Assembly (NCBI RefSeq): GCF_018977255.1
Contig: NW_024704743.1
Coordinates: 59,150,001-59,214,000 of the forward strand
Length of the DNA: 64,000 bases
Direction of reading: 5' to 3'
Source of the DNA: Callorhinchus milii
Lineage: Eukaryota
The translations under genes were made by a program, and so were the position numbers. This document shows, piece by piece, positions 51,660 through 64,000 of the stretch. Under the pieces are notes generated by a model that made no database searches, was not told the origin of the DNA, and saw only the letters and a program-made list of their open reading frames with translations. Numbering within the stretch: position 1 is the stretch's first letter; every line of letters starts with the position of its first letter.

Positions 51660-52605
51660 CGTATGCCAACAACAACAACTTGCATTTATATAGTGCCCTT
51701 CACACAGGGTAGTGTCCCGGAGACCTTCACGGTGGAGGAGTCTGACAACAAGACAATGGACAACGAGCGTCAAGGTCACAAATGATATCCTGACCATGTG
51801 TGACCAGGGCTCCCTCCTCCTCTTCGCCTTTCTCAACCTCTCCGCCATCTTTGACACCATGGACCACTCAATCCTCCTCCACCGCCTCTCCTCCCACCTC
51901 AACTTTCAAGGTTCTGTCCTTGACTGGCTCAGGTCCTACCTTTCACACCGCCTCCACTTTGTCGCAGCAAACGGTTTCTCCTCCAGCCCCCTCAGGCTGC
52001 TGAAACCCTCACCCACGCATTTTTCACCTCAAGGCTTGATTACGGGAACTCCTTCCTCATCGGTCTTCCCAACTCTTCCCTTCACAAGTTGCAGATCATC
52101 CAAAACTCTGCAGCTCATGTACTTTCATACAACAGGCTCCGTGACCCCATTACTCCCATCCTCGCCCAACTCCACTGGCTCCCCATTCCCCAGAGGATCG
52201 AGTTCAAGATTTTCATCCTCACCTTTAAGGCCATTCATGGCCTTACCCCCTCCTACCTCTCTGACCTGCTGACTCCCTACCAACCTGCCCGCTCCCTCCG
52301 TTCATCAGGCTCCGGTCTGCTCCATGTCTCCCGACCATTGGTGGCCGGGCTTTCAGCCTCTCTGCCTCCACACTCTGGAACTCCATTCCACTGTCCCTTC
52401 ACCTCGCTTCCTCCCTTGCATCCTTCAAGGCCGATCTCATGACTCTTCTCTTTGACCGTGCCTTTGGTCTCCCTCCCACCTTTCTGCCTTCCCTCATCCC
52501 TACACCACCCATCCCCCATGCTCGAGCCCCGACACCTGAATTTACAGTGCTTTGGGATGTCCTCCCGACATGAAAGGTACTCTATAAATGTAATTTTGTT
52601 GTTGT
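51660..52605 (+). mobile_element. Internally deleted L2 fragment with tail
   Basis: KVTNDIL, LNLSAIFDTMDHSILL, QNSAA, LHWLPIPQRIEFKI. Confidence 0.85.
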
Positions 52606-52770
52606 TTTTGCCAATATATCTGAGAATAATTGAAACCCCCCATAATTATTACTTTATTATTTTTGCTCATCTCTCTTATCTGGCTGCATATTTCTTCTTC
52701 CATTTCTTTTCCACTGTAGTACACTATGATTACTGTCCAATTAACTGCATTAACTATTATAGACAAATTG
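52606..52770 (-). mobile_element. CR1 endonuclease fragment
   Basis: EEEICSQIRE...KVIIMGGFNY. Confidence 0.6.
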
Positions 52771-53357
52771 TTTAACCATTGGGTTTACAATGCACAAAAT
52801 TATAATGTACCACAAGATGGCACTCCAGACAAAAGTGGAATAAAACTTGCAACAACTATGTGCAGTAAAATAACTGCTTGAATTCAATTACATTTATTGA
52901 TAATTGATAAAGATAGGACCTGATTAATTGAAAACAATGATAAAACATGTAACAAATGCTGGGATTCACCCGCCTCAAGATGTGGCATTGTTTTGTATCA
53001 GTGCTGCTACGTGTAAAGGCGAAATCAGATTCATCACTTACAATGTTAACATTTACAAACAAAAATGAAATACCCATTCTCAAATTAAATGTTACCGATA
53101 GATTCAGGAATGTGTATTTGTGTGAGTTTCAGCTCACCAGTATCTATATTAACACTTTCTTTCACTACAGGCAAAATAATTTTAAAGCTCCAAACTCAAT
53201 AGCAGCAACAATTAGATTTTATAGAGTGTCTCTCAAGTTACGAGGACATCTCAAAGCACTTCAAACAACTGTCTGGGAGCCCAAGCTGGGAGTGGGGTAG
53301 CTGGGGAGAGGAGGGAAAAGGCAGGATTAATGAGATAAATCTTAACGTGGAGTCCCG

Positions 53358-53865
53358 TAATAATAATAATAATCCTTGCATTTTGATATAGCTCTTTCCA
53401 CGTCTTCTAGACGTCTCAAAGCGCTTCACAGAATGTACTGTAAAGTGAATTGACTGTATATTTGTGGGCGAAATGTGGCAGCCAATTGCCCACAGCAGTG
53501 TCCCACAAACAGTCGTGGATTGAGTGATCAAATTATTATTTTTTTTAAGGAGTATTATCCCCGGAAAACCGATCCACCAATCGACTAACAACCAGGTTCC
53601 TACTTACTGCTGGGTAAACAGAGGAGTGTGGAATAAGGAAATTTGCCCAACATTTCGCCCTGCCAGGCAAAATTTAGTTTAGTGGTTAGAGCACTTGCCT
53701 TGTAAGCAAGTTTGTGGGACACTGCTGTGTACAATTGGCTGCGGCGTTTCGCCCACAAAATATACAGTCAATTCACTTTACAGTATATTCTGTGAAGCAC
53801 ATTGAGATCTTTCAAAGACATAATAAGGAGCTATATGAAATGCAAGGATTATTATTATTATTGTA
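53358..53865. mobile_element. Head-to-head SINE pair (- long subfamily, + deleted copy)
   Basis: Minus copy ~53358-53668; plus copy ~53680-53865. Confidence 0.8.
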
Positions 53866-56029
53866 TTATTATCCTTGCTCTCAGTAACTCAGTAAATGGA
53901 ATTAAGATCCTTGTCCTGACCTTTAAATCCGTTAACAGTATCCCTGTGAGGTGAGTGTTTAAGGAGCCTATGGTCAAGGAGATGAGGGCCTGAATGAGAT
54001 ATCAGCAGAGAGGGTGAGATACGACATAAGTAGACAAGGTAGAAAAAGGCAGTCATAGCAAAGGGGATTTGAAAGAGGACACTTGAAGGCCAATTTGAAC
54101 ACCAAGACTGCACACTGACTATTATCCCTGAGTGGGGGTAGGGTGAAGAACTTGAAGCCAGATACAAGAGGATACTGGTGAAAACTGAACAAAATGGCTT
54201 AATTTTTTTCTTTCTTCATCACTCACAGTACTCCCTGCTTCTGCTCATTTCCAATACCAGAGGCAGGAGCAAGGAGGAATGGACATTAATTTGCTGTTTT
54301 AGCTGCCTAACTCTTCATGTCTGTCTGTATATCACAGTAAAACACAGTATGTGGCATGTTTTAGGAAGATAAAAATTGATTTTGCACAATGTGTGTGATC
54401 TTACCTGCTCAGTTAGAGAAGCACTGAGCAGAGATGCTGTATTCATGATGATATTCATCATGATATTCAAGTGGGCTTCAAATATGTTGGTGTCCTTGCT
54501 CCCCCTCACATATCTCTAATTCCAATGTTAGCTTTATAAATGTTAGAAAGAGAGATGGAGGGAGACAAAGAAAGAATAACAAGTATGGTCCAAATATTTT
54601 TTTAAAAACAACAGAAAAATGCATTTGGATGGAAATGATATCGTAAGATAAGAGAACATTTTCAATTAAGAACTGAAAGACTGAAAGGAAAATTCAAGCG
54701 AACATATGAAATGGACATAATTAACAGAATAATACATTGCAGTTTGAAGTGAAATGAAAGGAATAAAACAAATGTTTACAAGGAGACGGGTCTATTACTT
54801 CCTGTGACTGGAAAATAATGAATTGGGTTTTTCTTTCTGTCACGGAAATTGTTTCTTTGAGATGATTGTAAATATATATTCTACCAACAAATAAATATAT
54901 ATTTGGGTTTTTAAAAATCATTCGTCTGTCCCGGGATGATATTGTGAGAATGTTGGAAAATGCTCAAGTGTGAAACAGTCTATGTTTTGGGTAGTACTCG
55001 AATTTTCTTTTGACACATTTATTTGTGAAGGCTTTAAAGATTAATTTTCCAATTTGAAATGCCTCTTTGCTAAGTGGCATTCCCCCATGTTGTACTTGAA
55101 AGTATGCTGATTGCATTTGACCCCAATGCAGAACACTTTCGTCTGCCATTGTTATTTAAACAGTTTTTTAAATATATATAACGATTCACATCCATATGAT
55201 ATTGATGCTGCTTTTAAACAGATGCAAGTGATTGGCAGCAAATTGCTGTCATGTCAGGATAGAACAGAGTACTCTGCTTACAGGTGTAAAACTGCTGGTT
55301 AAGGTTTTAATACTGGAAAATAACTGAAATTAGATCTCTTCTCCAATGTTAGAATTTACATGGCAATCCAGCTCTCTGCCTTTCTCTCCTGTATGAATCC
55401 CTCTCTTGCTCATTCTCTGTTTCTTTTTTTCCAAATTGAGATTATAAAATTATCATGAGCATTGTTATTACTATCATTGCCAAATTCATAAATAATCCCA
55501 GGTTTTGAGTTATTTTAATAGACTCAAAGAGGCTACAAATAAAACCACTGTGGTTTCCTCCATCCCAAAATAGTTGGACGTAATACTTTCAACGGGGACT
55601 AACTCAACAGCATATATTCATATTCACTGAGGAATTCCATCAATTGTTCCCTTTCCAATTCTTTATATGGTTCATTATATTCTTTTCAACAAATTATAGG
55701 TATTAGTGAGTTCAGAGAGATGACTGAAAATATTTGCAGATGTGCCAAAGTATTTTCCCTAAAACGTAGCAGCTTTATTACTCAAGTGATACAGTTTCTT
55801 ATGATTGTGATTTTCCTTTCCATGCCTAAATATTTCCACCATTGGAAAATGTAATTCAATGTAAATGGTCCAAAAATAAAATATTTTCCACTTATTGAAT
55901 GAGAAGAGTGAACATATTTATTGCAAAGAGTAATTACATTTGAAAGACAATTCCCTGATGTAGTTTTTGTTGTTGTTTGTCATTCATTCTGATCCTTTTA
56001 TGTGATTTTTCAGGTGACCCAGGCATTGA

Positions 56030-56343
56030 GGAGTCCTGTAGCTCAGTGGTTAGAGCACTCGCTTTGCAAGTGAGAGACCTGAGTTCAATTCCAGGCAGGC
56101 GAAACCTTGGGCAAGTTTCCTTACCCCACACACCTAATAATAATCCCTCCAAAACAAAAAACAATAATAAATTGGTCATTTTCAATCTACGACTGTTTGT
56201 GGGACATTGCTGTGCGCAATTGACTGCCGCGTTCGCCCACAAATATACAGTCAATTCACTTTACAGTGTGTTCTGTGAAGCGCTTTGGGACGTCCTCCTG
56301 ACGTGAAAAGCGCTATATCAAATGCAAGGATTATTATTATTAT
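56030..56343 (+). mobile_element. Full-length young SINE
   Basis: Head, core, tail. Confidence 0.92.
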
Positions 56344-56934
56344 TTGACACATGCCAAAACCCATCAATCGCTACTTTTGACCTGCAGAAGAAACTGCTTC
56401 AAAGGAACTAAACGTGGGTTCTCCTCAATGAAGGCTGAAATTTCACCCAATCTTAGCCTTCAAGACCATTTGTCTTATAATTGTTAGATAGCCCATAATT
56501 CTTTAAAATTCATAAATTCTGCATCTATTTCTAAATTAAACACAGTCATAGCCTATGCTTACAATAGCACAAAACTATGTAAAGTTGTTCAACACAGGCT
56601 AAGACTCCTTGAAATTCCATGTTTTATAGTCGAACATAGTTTTATGTTTTTACAGTCAATTCACTTCACAGTATATTCTGTGAAGCGCTTTGGGACGTCT
56701 AGAAGACGTGAAAAGCGCTATATCAAATGCAAGGATTATTATTATTATTATACATTCCTGACCTATGTTAGTGATAAAGATAATTTTGCAGATGATTGTC
56801 TGCTCTTTATCATTGCATTCTAACATTGTGGATTGAGTTTCATTTGCAGAAGGGGAAAACATGTTGGAACCCAACTCAAATTTTCCACACAAAAAGCAAA
56901 CGAAAGCATACAGCATACTGCAAATTACTTCCCT

Positions 56935-57200
56935 CTGACTTCAAGATCCTCACACTTGTGTTCAAATCCCTTCACTCCCTGGCACCTCCCTACCTCTCCG
57001 ACCTCCTCACTCCCCAATCCACCACCCAGCGCCTCCACTCGACTGGCATCAGACTCCTGCTCATCCCTCGCACCCTCCGCCCCACCATCGGAGGTCGCGC
57101 TTTCGGCCACTACGCCCCGAAACTCTGGAACAATCTCCCTCAACCCCTCTGCCTTGCCCTCTCTCAACCCTCTTTCAAGTCCTGCCTGAAAACCTTCCTC
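56935..57200 (+). mobile_element. L2 3' fragment
   Basis: FKILTLVFKSLHSLAPPYLSDLL...GGRAF...LWNNLP. Confidence 0.85.
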
Positions 57201-58070
57201 TTAAAAGTTATAATGCTGAAATGATCACTTGGTGTAGGAAATATGTTAAACATAACATCAATCTGATAAACATACATATGTTGGTGCTACTCCAAATATA
57301 TTATTGTATTTGCATATTTGAGATACACTCGCAAAAGGGCTCATTTGAGAATCCCTCCCTCTATGCCTTCACATTCATGTTAAATCTCTTGCTTTAAGGA
57401 GTGCTCTGGGCGGTTCTGCTGGAGGTCTGTCACACCAGAGCACTGTGAGAACGTGGGCTGATACCTACACGAGTTCCTCGCATTTCCCAGCAGTTCTGTG
57501 GCTTGTTATCTCTCAGTCGGGGTAAGATGAACCTCTTATGCACTGTTTCAGAAATTGTCTTTGCAGAATGACCTGTTGCACAAGATCACTAACCTGTTCA
57601 AGATCATTAATGATAAGATAGATCATCGCCCCTAACCTGCTAACTTTCATTACAAGCTGCACCCAAAGAGATTTGCATCTCAGTGAAGGGAGTTTCTGCG
57701 TTTCTTGCTGCTATTTCACGAAAAATAATCGATAGCCACAATTGCCAGCATTTCTGAGCTGGAAAGGTGAGCGGACAATTTGGATGACTTTCTTTCTTTC
57801 ATGGTTTCTCTGCCCCTTCCTCTGTGAAATGACTCTTAAGTAACGTATTTCATACTCACTGCTGCTATTTGCTATTTGAGAGGTGCTGTTTGTGATGGAC
57901 ATCAACGTGTTGAATACAGTGCTGCTGTGTGTCCAGATGTGTTTGTGAGGCTGTGAGGGGGCAGGACTTGGGCTGAGGAGCTGCAGATCAGGGTGTGGGG
58001 TGTGATGTGCAGCAGTAACTGTGCTCATGGTCTGTGTTTCAGGTGCACATGGTTGACAGGAGTTGAGGAG

Positions 58071-58200
58071 ATGACAGCTACACCCACAGCACTGCTCCTT
58101 CTGTTTCTCACGCTGATGACTCTGGCAACAAATCGTGGCCAAAACGTTGGCAGAAAGAGGGGAAGGAAACAACATGCAAGTCTCCAGCAAACAGATTTGG
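58071..58200 (+). CDS. COL28A1: Collagen XXVIII family gene, signal-peptide exon
   Basis: TTTCAG acceptor (exon from 58043), MTATPTALLLLFLTLMTLATNRGQNVGRKRGRK...; G|GTATGG donor in phase 1, compatible with next exon. Confidence 0.75.
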
Positions 58201-58789
58201 GTATGGCGAAATCTGATCCCCCCCCCCCCCCTCCCCCATGAATTAATGTCGAAATTAAAGTTTCAATATTAACAGGGATCTGTGCAACAAAGAGTGTTGG
58301 AAATCGTTTTTTTCTTTGATTAAAAAAAACTTAGTTTTTAATATAAAACTGCAGGCAGACACTTTTAAAAATGTTTTTTTTTAAAATGTGCTTTACTAAT
58401 TGTTTCTGAATTTAATGTGTTCAAATGATTAACTTGCTGTGCAGAAGTGTCAATGTAGATTGCACTTTGTTAAAATACACTTGGTTAAATGTGTATTTGT
58501 GGATATATTTCAGTCCATATCTCTGTAGGGTAATCACTGTGGATCTCTTAAATTTTATTTATTCTAAAAAATCAATTCATGAAACCTGAGACCAGTTCAG
58601 ATAACCATTGACTGATCAGGGTCAGGCAAAACATTTAAAAGGATACAGTAAAGGTAAGAGAGAATGATACTGGCTGTCACTACTTTCTGCATGGAACCAA
58701 AGACTAATTGCAAAATATTAAGTAAAAATAATCCATAAAGTACCTAGGAAAGCAAAAATAATACATTTCTGAGGATTATTTTGTGAGTT

Positions 58790-59605
58790 CACATGCCCTC
58801 ATCACTTCCAGGCTTGCTTACTCAACTGTCTTGCTCGATAGACTCCCCTGCTCTTCCCTACTCAAGACCATCCAGACCTCTATAATCCTTGCTTTCTCCA
58901 ACATCAGGCTCCCCAAGCTCATCACTCCTGTCTTCACTCAGCTCCACTGGATCTCTATCCCCCAATATATTGAATTTGGCCCATATCCTATTGGTTAGAG
59001 CACTCGCCTCACAACCGTGAGGACCTGTGTTCGATTCCCGGGCAGGGCGAAACCTTAGGCAAGTTTTTTTTCCACGTGCCTCTGTTTACCTAGAAGTAAG
59101 TATGCACCCAGTTGTTAGTTGATTGGCAGATCGCTTTTCCGGGGTAATAATCCGGAGGTAATTGAAACGTCTCGAAGACGTGAAATGGCACTATATCAAG
59201 GATTATTATTTATTTTTAATTCAGGTTTCCCGTCCTCACATTCAGAAGTTTCCCTGGCCTCGTCCCACCCTACCCCTGTGACTTCCTGTGACCATACTAG
59301 AAAGTCATGTCATCTGCTTGGGAAACACCGGTCTGGTTCATGTCATTGCATACTCCCCCACCCCCTTTGGTGGGCAAGCCTTCAGCCATCTCTGCCCTGC
59401 TACCTGGAACTTCATCCCGGAATCCTGTCACTTACTTCCTCCCTCCCCAACTTCAAAACTCGTTTTAAGAGCGTTCTTTTCACCTGTGCTTTTGGCCAAC
59501 CTTTCTCCTCCCCTGCCAGCTCAGGCTTCCAGTCAGCTGTGTGAGGCACTCTGTGGCATCGTCCCAATATGAAAGGAATATAAAAAATGTAAATTATTGT
59601 TGTTA
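58790..59605 (+). mobile_element. Old L2 fragment with nested SINE pieces (~58990-59215)
   Basis: HALITSRLAY, QLHWI motifs; SINE head and tail in the middle. Confidence 0.65.
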
Positions 59606-61359
59606 TTCACTATTACTTTCTAGATAAGAAAGTAGTTTATTATTATTTATTGTTCTGACATTGATTATCTGAATGAAGGTTATTGCTATTTTACAGATAC
59701 AACTAACATATGTCAAATTAGATGAAGCAATACAAGCACATAACATCATTAAGCATGCTAAAAAGGCAGGTGCTGTATTAGATATTGTGCTGTATAATAA
59801 TAAAAACACTCACATTTGATATAGTGCCTATAGCATGTCATCCAAAGCATCGCACTTAGAACAATATAAAGCTCCTCCAGCAGGGGTCTGTTGTCAGCCT
59901 GGACTATGAGATCAAGTCTTGATCTAGGATGTGCACCCATAACTTTCTGACCTAGAGGGAACAGTGCTACCAACTGAACCAAACTACCGTCACAAATAAT
60001 CATTCGGAATATTATATTCAGAATATGAGCATAGACCTCTAGACTCAGGTGACTTATCCCTGTTGGGTTTACATGCTTATATGTACATAGCTTGCTTGGT
60101 CACTTTAGACTTTCCTATGAAAAACTGGATTAAAACTTAGGTCAATCAAAACACTGAGTTTTCACAGCACTGTTTATTGAGCCTGAGCAAACAATCTTGG
60201 AGGTTAGTGGAATTGGAGCAGTTTTGAAGGTAGAATGAAGTTGAAGAGAATGAAAAGGTACAGGAAGCAAGACATGATTGCAGTTGCATTGTATTTTATT
60301 GCTGATTAACTAGGCTGACATTGCTTACTGCAACAACAACTTGCATTTATACAGTGTCCTTCACGCTGGGTAGTGTTTCTTAGCGCTGTAGATGAGTTAG
60401 AAGATGGAACAAACGAACTTGAACAGAAAATGATGAGAGGGGTGAGTGAATATCTTGTGCCAGCATCCAAAGATGTTGGGAAAAAAAGTCAGTTTAAACT
60501 AAAGATACAGTTGTAATTTGAGAAAATAGTGACTTTGAGGGTGAGATTTTAAGAGGGCAAATAATACAAATTTCAGGATTGTCTCACTGACAAAACAAGA
60601 CTAAGTTGTAAGTCGGTTTAACACAGAAGGTTGTTGAAATGCTTTACCACAATGGCTGTGAGGCTGAGCCTATAACAGCATTGAAAGCAGAACTGGATAA
60701 ATAATTGAGGAAAAATAATATTATAGAGTAAGGGGAAAGAGCAAGGAAATTGAATTACAATAATGAACTCCAGTGGGGAAGCTACTCTAAGCTGACATTA
60801 GGAGGAGGATGACTTGCTGCAAATTTACTATGAATCTAAGTGGGAAACCAGGAGAATGACATTTGTCTTGATCTTAGCCTAAGGATTATCATCTTAACAT
60901 TTAAGATTGTGCAGAATTATGGAGATAAAACTTTTACAAAATCTTCCTAATTAAGACAAAAATTAAGAATTTTCCGTAATTTTGCAAGATTTTAAATTTT
61001 AAGAAGAAAGGGGACTGAAACTATGTAAAGGGCATAGATATTTTTGTGGTGACGATGAACTAGATAGACCCTAGGCAAAATTTGAGTGCCACTTTTTAAT
61101 CAATATTACTGAAAAAAAGACATTTGGATCATTATTTCCTAAATGTCGGAGCACAGATTTTAAGGAGTTTTGATACTGACATTCTTACCTGGTGGTAGAA
61201 GATTGATGTTTTTTATGTGGGTACATCTCTCCGTCGGCCTGTTTGAGCTTGCCTGTTTTAATAGTTTCTCAGACAAAATTACATCAATAACATTTGTCCG
61301 CTCAAGGTCACGATTCTGATGTCAGTCATGAAATTGTTGTTGTTAACATCAAGAACCTA

Positions 61360-61725
61360 GATTCAACAACCTGCACTTATAGAGCGCCCTCCACGCAGGG
61401 TAGTGTCCCAGAGAGCTTAACAGTGGCGGAGCCTGACTCCGAGCCGGGGGGAGTGGGAGGTGGCCATAGGCATGATCGAAGAGGAAAGTTTTCAGGCGCA
61501 ACTTGAAAGAGGGGAGAGGGCAGCAAGGTAGAGGGATTGAGGGAGAGTGTTCCAGAGCTTTGGGGGGTAGTGGCTGAAAGCATGACTTCCGATGGTGGGG
61601 TGGAGGTTGTGAGGGACGAGCAGGAGGCCGGTGCCAGTCAAGCGGAGGTGCTGGGTGGTGGATTGGGGAGTGAGGAGGTCGAAGAGGTAGGGAGGTGCCA
61701 GGGAATTAAGGCATTTGAACAAAGT
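61360..61725 (-). mobile_element. L2 3' fragment
   Basis: LAPPYLFDLL...PTIGSHAFSH..PKLWNTLP and tail. Confidence 0.8.
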
Positions 61726-62546
61726 TAACAACACTATAATATTATAAAGAAGTTTAATGCATATTAGGGAGTGGTCATTTTGGAAGTCTCAGTGATAGAT
61801 GATATTGTGTATGCTGTAGCATAGATTTGCAACACAGTCTTTGCTGAAAAGCATTTGACCTTCAGATTAAATAGGTAGTATGTCATATCCATGCTCCTTA
61901 CTGCAGTTTAAATCACTCTTGGACAATTGCTGGGATAAATTTGTAGCATTATTTTGCACCAATCTTTTAGGCTGATTTTGAGCACAGATTTTGACCCTTT
62001 GTGGCAGATCAATGTTGAGAAGTAAGTATAATATTTAACAAACAAACCAACTTAATCTGGAGTCCAAAGTTTACAAACTAAGAATACTCATCTCAGGTTA
62101 AAAAAAAAGGCTGTCCCTGCTCTCTGGAACTACATTCAGGAGTCCCTCTGACACATTCCCTTCCTCACTTATTCAAAGTCCAATTCAAGACCTACCTCTT
62201 TGACCGGACTTTCAGTCGTCTTTCGCTTTCCTGCCTTCCTCGGCTGTGATCACCAACTCAGGTGCTGAGGCGGAATTTTAAGGTGCCTTGGGTCATCCTC
62301 CCAATCTGAAAGGCACAATTTGTATTGTATTCTACTGTAAATGGGCTTCTGCAGGAAATTCAAAGCTTTGAACTGGGATTCATTCCTCGGTTAGAGATAT
62401 ATAAACAAAATCAGCATCAAAAGAACATAGGAGACATTCTACGTATCTGTATGTTTCAGAAGATCTTGATATATTTTAGTCCTCAAAAATAAATGTTATT
62501 TTTAAAATGGTAGCTCATACTCATTATAAATTATTGTCGTTAACAG

Positions 62547-63115
62547 ATCCCAATTGTACGATGGAAGTCATTTTCATCCTGGACAGCTCCGAAAGTGCTA
62601 AAAATATCTTGTTCGACAAAGAAAAACAATTGGTGATTGATTTCTCAGAGAAAGCTTTGAACTCTGAACAAAAGACCAAATGGTCACTGAACTGGAGATT
62701 AGCTGTTCTACAGTACAGCAGCTATATCAAGATGGACCAAACTTTCCGAGAGTGGCAGGGGCTCAAACATTTCAAGAAACTTGTGAATTCTATGATGTTC
62801 ATAGGGCATGGCACATACACTGCCTATGCAATAGGAAATGCAACTGAGCTCTTTCAGACAGAGGGCAGGCAGAATAGTGTGAAGATACTCATTTTAATGA
62901 CAGATGGAGTGGACCATCCTCGCAATCCGGACACTGTGGACGCTGCATTCCAAGCAAAGAAGAATAACATTCATATATTTGCTATTGGGCTTTCACACGT
63001 GGCTAAGGAGGCACCTAATGCCATTAAAATGCAAAATGTCGCAAGCATCCCTAGCACCCAGTTTGTCCACCTGCTGACAGATTTTAACCTCACAGAAACA
63101 ATGGTCAATGAAGTG
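62547..63115 (+). CDS. COL28A1: Collagen XXVIII family gene, N-terminal VWA domain exon (gene continues beyond window)
   Basis: CTMEVIFILDSSES (MIDAS DxSxS), IGHGTY, LMTDGVDHPRNP typical of collagen XXVIII VWA1; CAG acceptor, GTAAGT donor at 63116; paralog identity uncertain. Confidence 0.8.
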
Positions 63116-63559
63116 GTAAGTAAAAGGCAAAATTTACTGGACTGTTTGTGTTTTCATTGGAACTAGACTACAAGAATTAGAGTCCATAATGCCTGTTATT
63201 AATTTACATCTAAAGTATAATTGCCTTCACTGGTGATTGAGCAGTTTGGGGCTTAAGAGTTCTCAAAATTTTAGACTTAAATCCACTGTTTTTAAGATTT
63301 AAGATCATTTGGAATTTGGGAATTCTTACGATTCAGTCTTAATCTAGAAGCTAATTTTCCTTAATTTTGTTTCAGTAATGTGAAAAATTAGCTTCCAAAT
63401 TAAAGGGAAGTGTTGTCCACAATCTAACCTGTCACTTCCTTTAGTTATTTTAATTGGATCAATCAAATTTTGAGGCACTTTGCACTGGTAGCCCTGTGTA
63501 ATAAACTCCAAGATGCTGTCATGTGTTTTCTGTTACTTAAGATTAATCAGAAATTGTTA

Positions 63560-63930
63560 GTATTAAAATACAGTTTTATTGGAGTTCTTTAAAATTAACA
63601 CAATTTTTGCTTGAAAAAAAAGAGCTCTCTTACATGCACTACTGTGGTATTCAATGGGTACCAAACACTTGCCCACAAGGAGACAAATTGTGGAGTCAAT
63701 CATCAAAAAGGAAATGGAAAATTTCTTGTGTAAAAATAATCTAATAAATGACAGGCAACATGGATTCAGAAAGGATTTTGAAGAATGACAGCACAGATTC
63801 ACTGTGGGAAGCCAATATGATGTAGTATATCGAGACTTGAAAGACTCTTTCACAAACTGTGATTACTGAGTATTAAGCACAAATTGGATATGGATTCAGA
63901 TTTGGCTGAAGGGACAGAAATAGAGGGGAG
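63560..63930. mobile_element. Degenerate CR1 RT fragments
   Basis: RQHGFRK, YDVVYRD and WL..R motifs on +. Confidence 0.5.
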
Positions 63931-64000
63931 CTAGGTTAATATGATTGAATTCTGCATTAAGCCACAATATGATTGAATTCTGAATTCTGCATTAAGTTAG

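Noticed and set aside
57711..58190. 159-aa minus-strand ORF
   Set aside because: Antisense to the collagen signal-peptide exon with no recognisable domain.
1..64000. CRISPR arrays, operons or other prokaryotic systems
   Set aside because: Spliced vertebrate genes and LINE/SINE content; no regularly spaced repeat-spacer structure.

Overview
Repeat-rich vertebrate genomic DNA. The CR1/L2 LINEs and tRNA-derived Deu-type SINEs suggest a cartilaginous fish, possibly a holocephalan (inference only). Three spliced genes can be reconstructed by hand. RPA3 (+) has 4 coding exons over 1751-17829 and encodes 121 aa. MIOS (-) has 10 coding exons over 45252-25227, encodes 878 aa, and contains a minor-spliceosome AT-AC intron. 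The 5' end of a collagen XXVIII gene (+) contributes a signal-peptide exon at 58071-58200 and a VWA exon at 62547-63115. The order matches the human COL28A1-MIOS-RPA3 block as I recall it. Introns and intergenic DNA hold a near full-length CR1, many L2 fragments and several SINE subfamilies sharing the L2 3' tail. The most notable signal missed by the ORF track is a decayed, apparently double-cassette leucine-rich-repeat gene (chondroadherin/CHADL-like) nested antisense in RPA3 intron 2 (~12100-14360). I also see a stray hnRNP A/B RRM fragment and a probable retroviral env TM remnant. Exon boundaries were checked for splice sites and phase; repeat and pseudogene boundaries are approximate, and protein similarities are from recall, not database searches.
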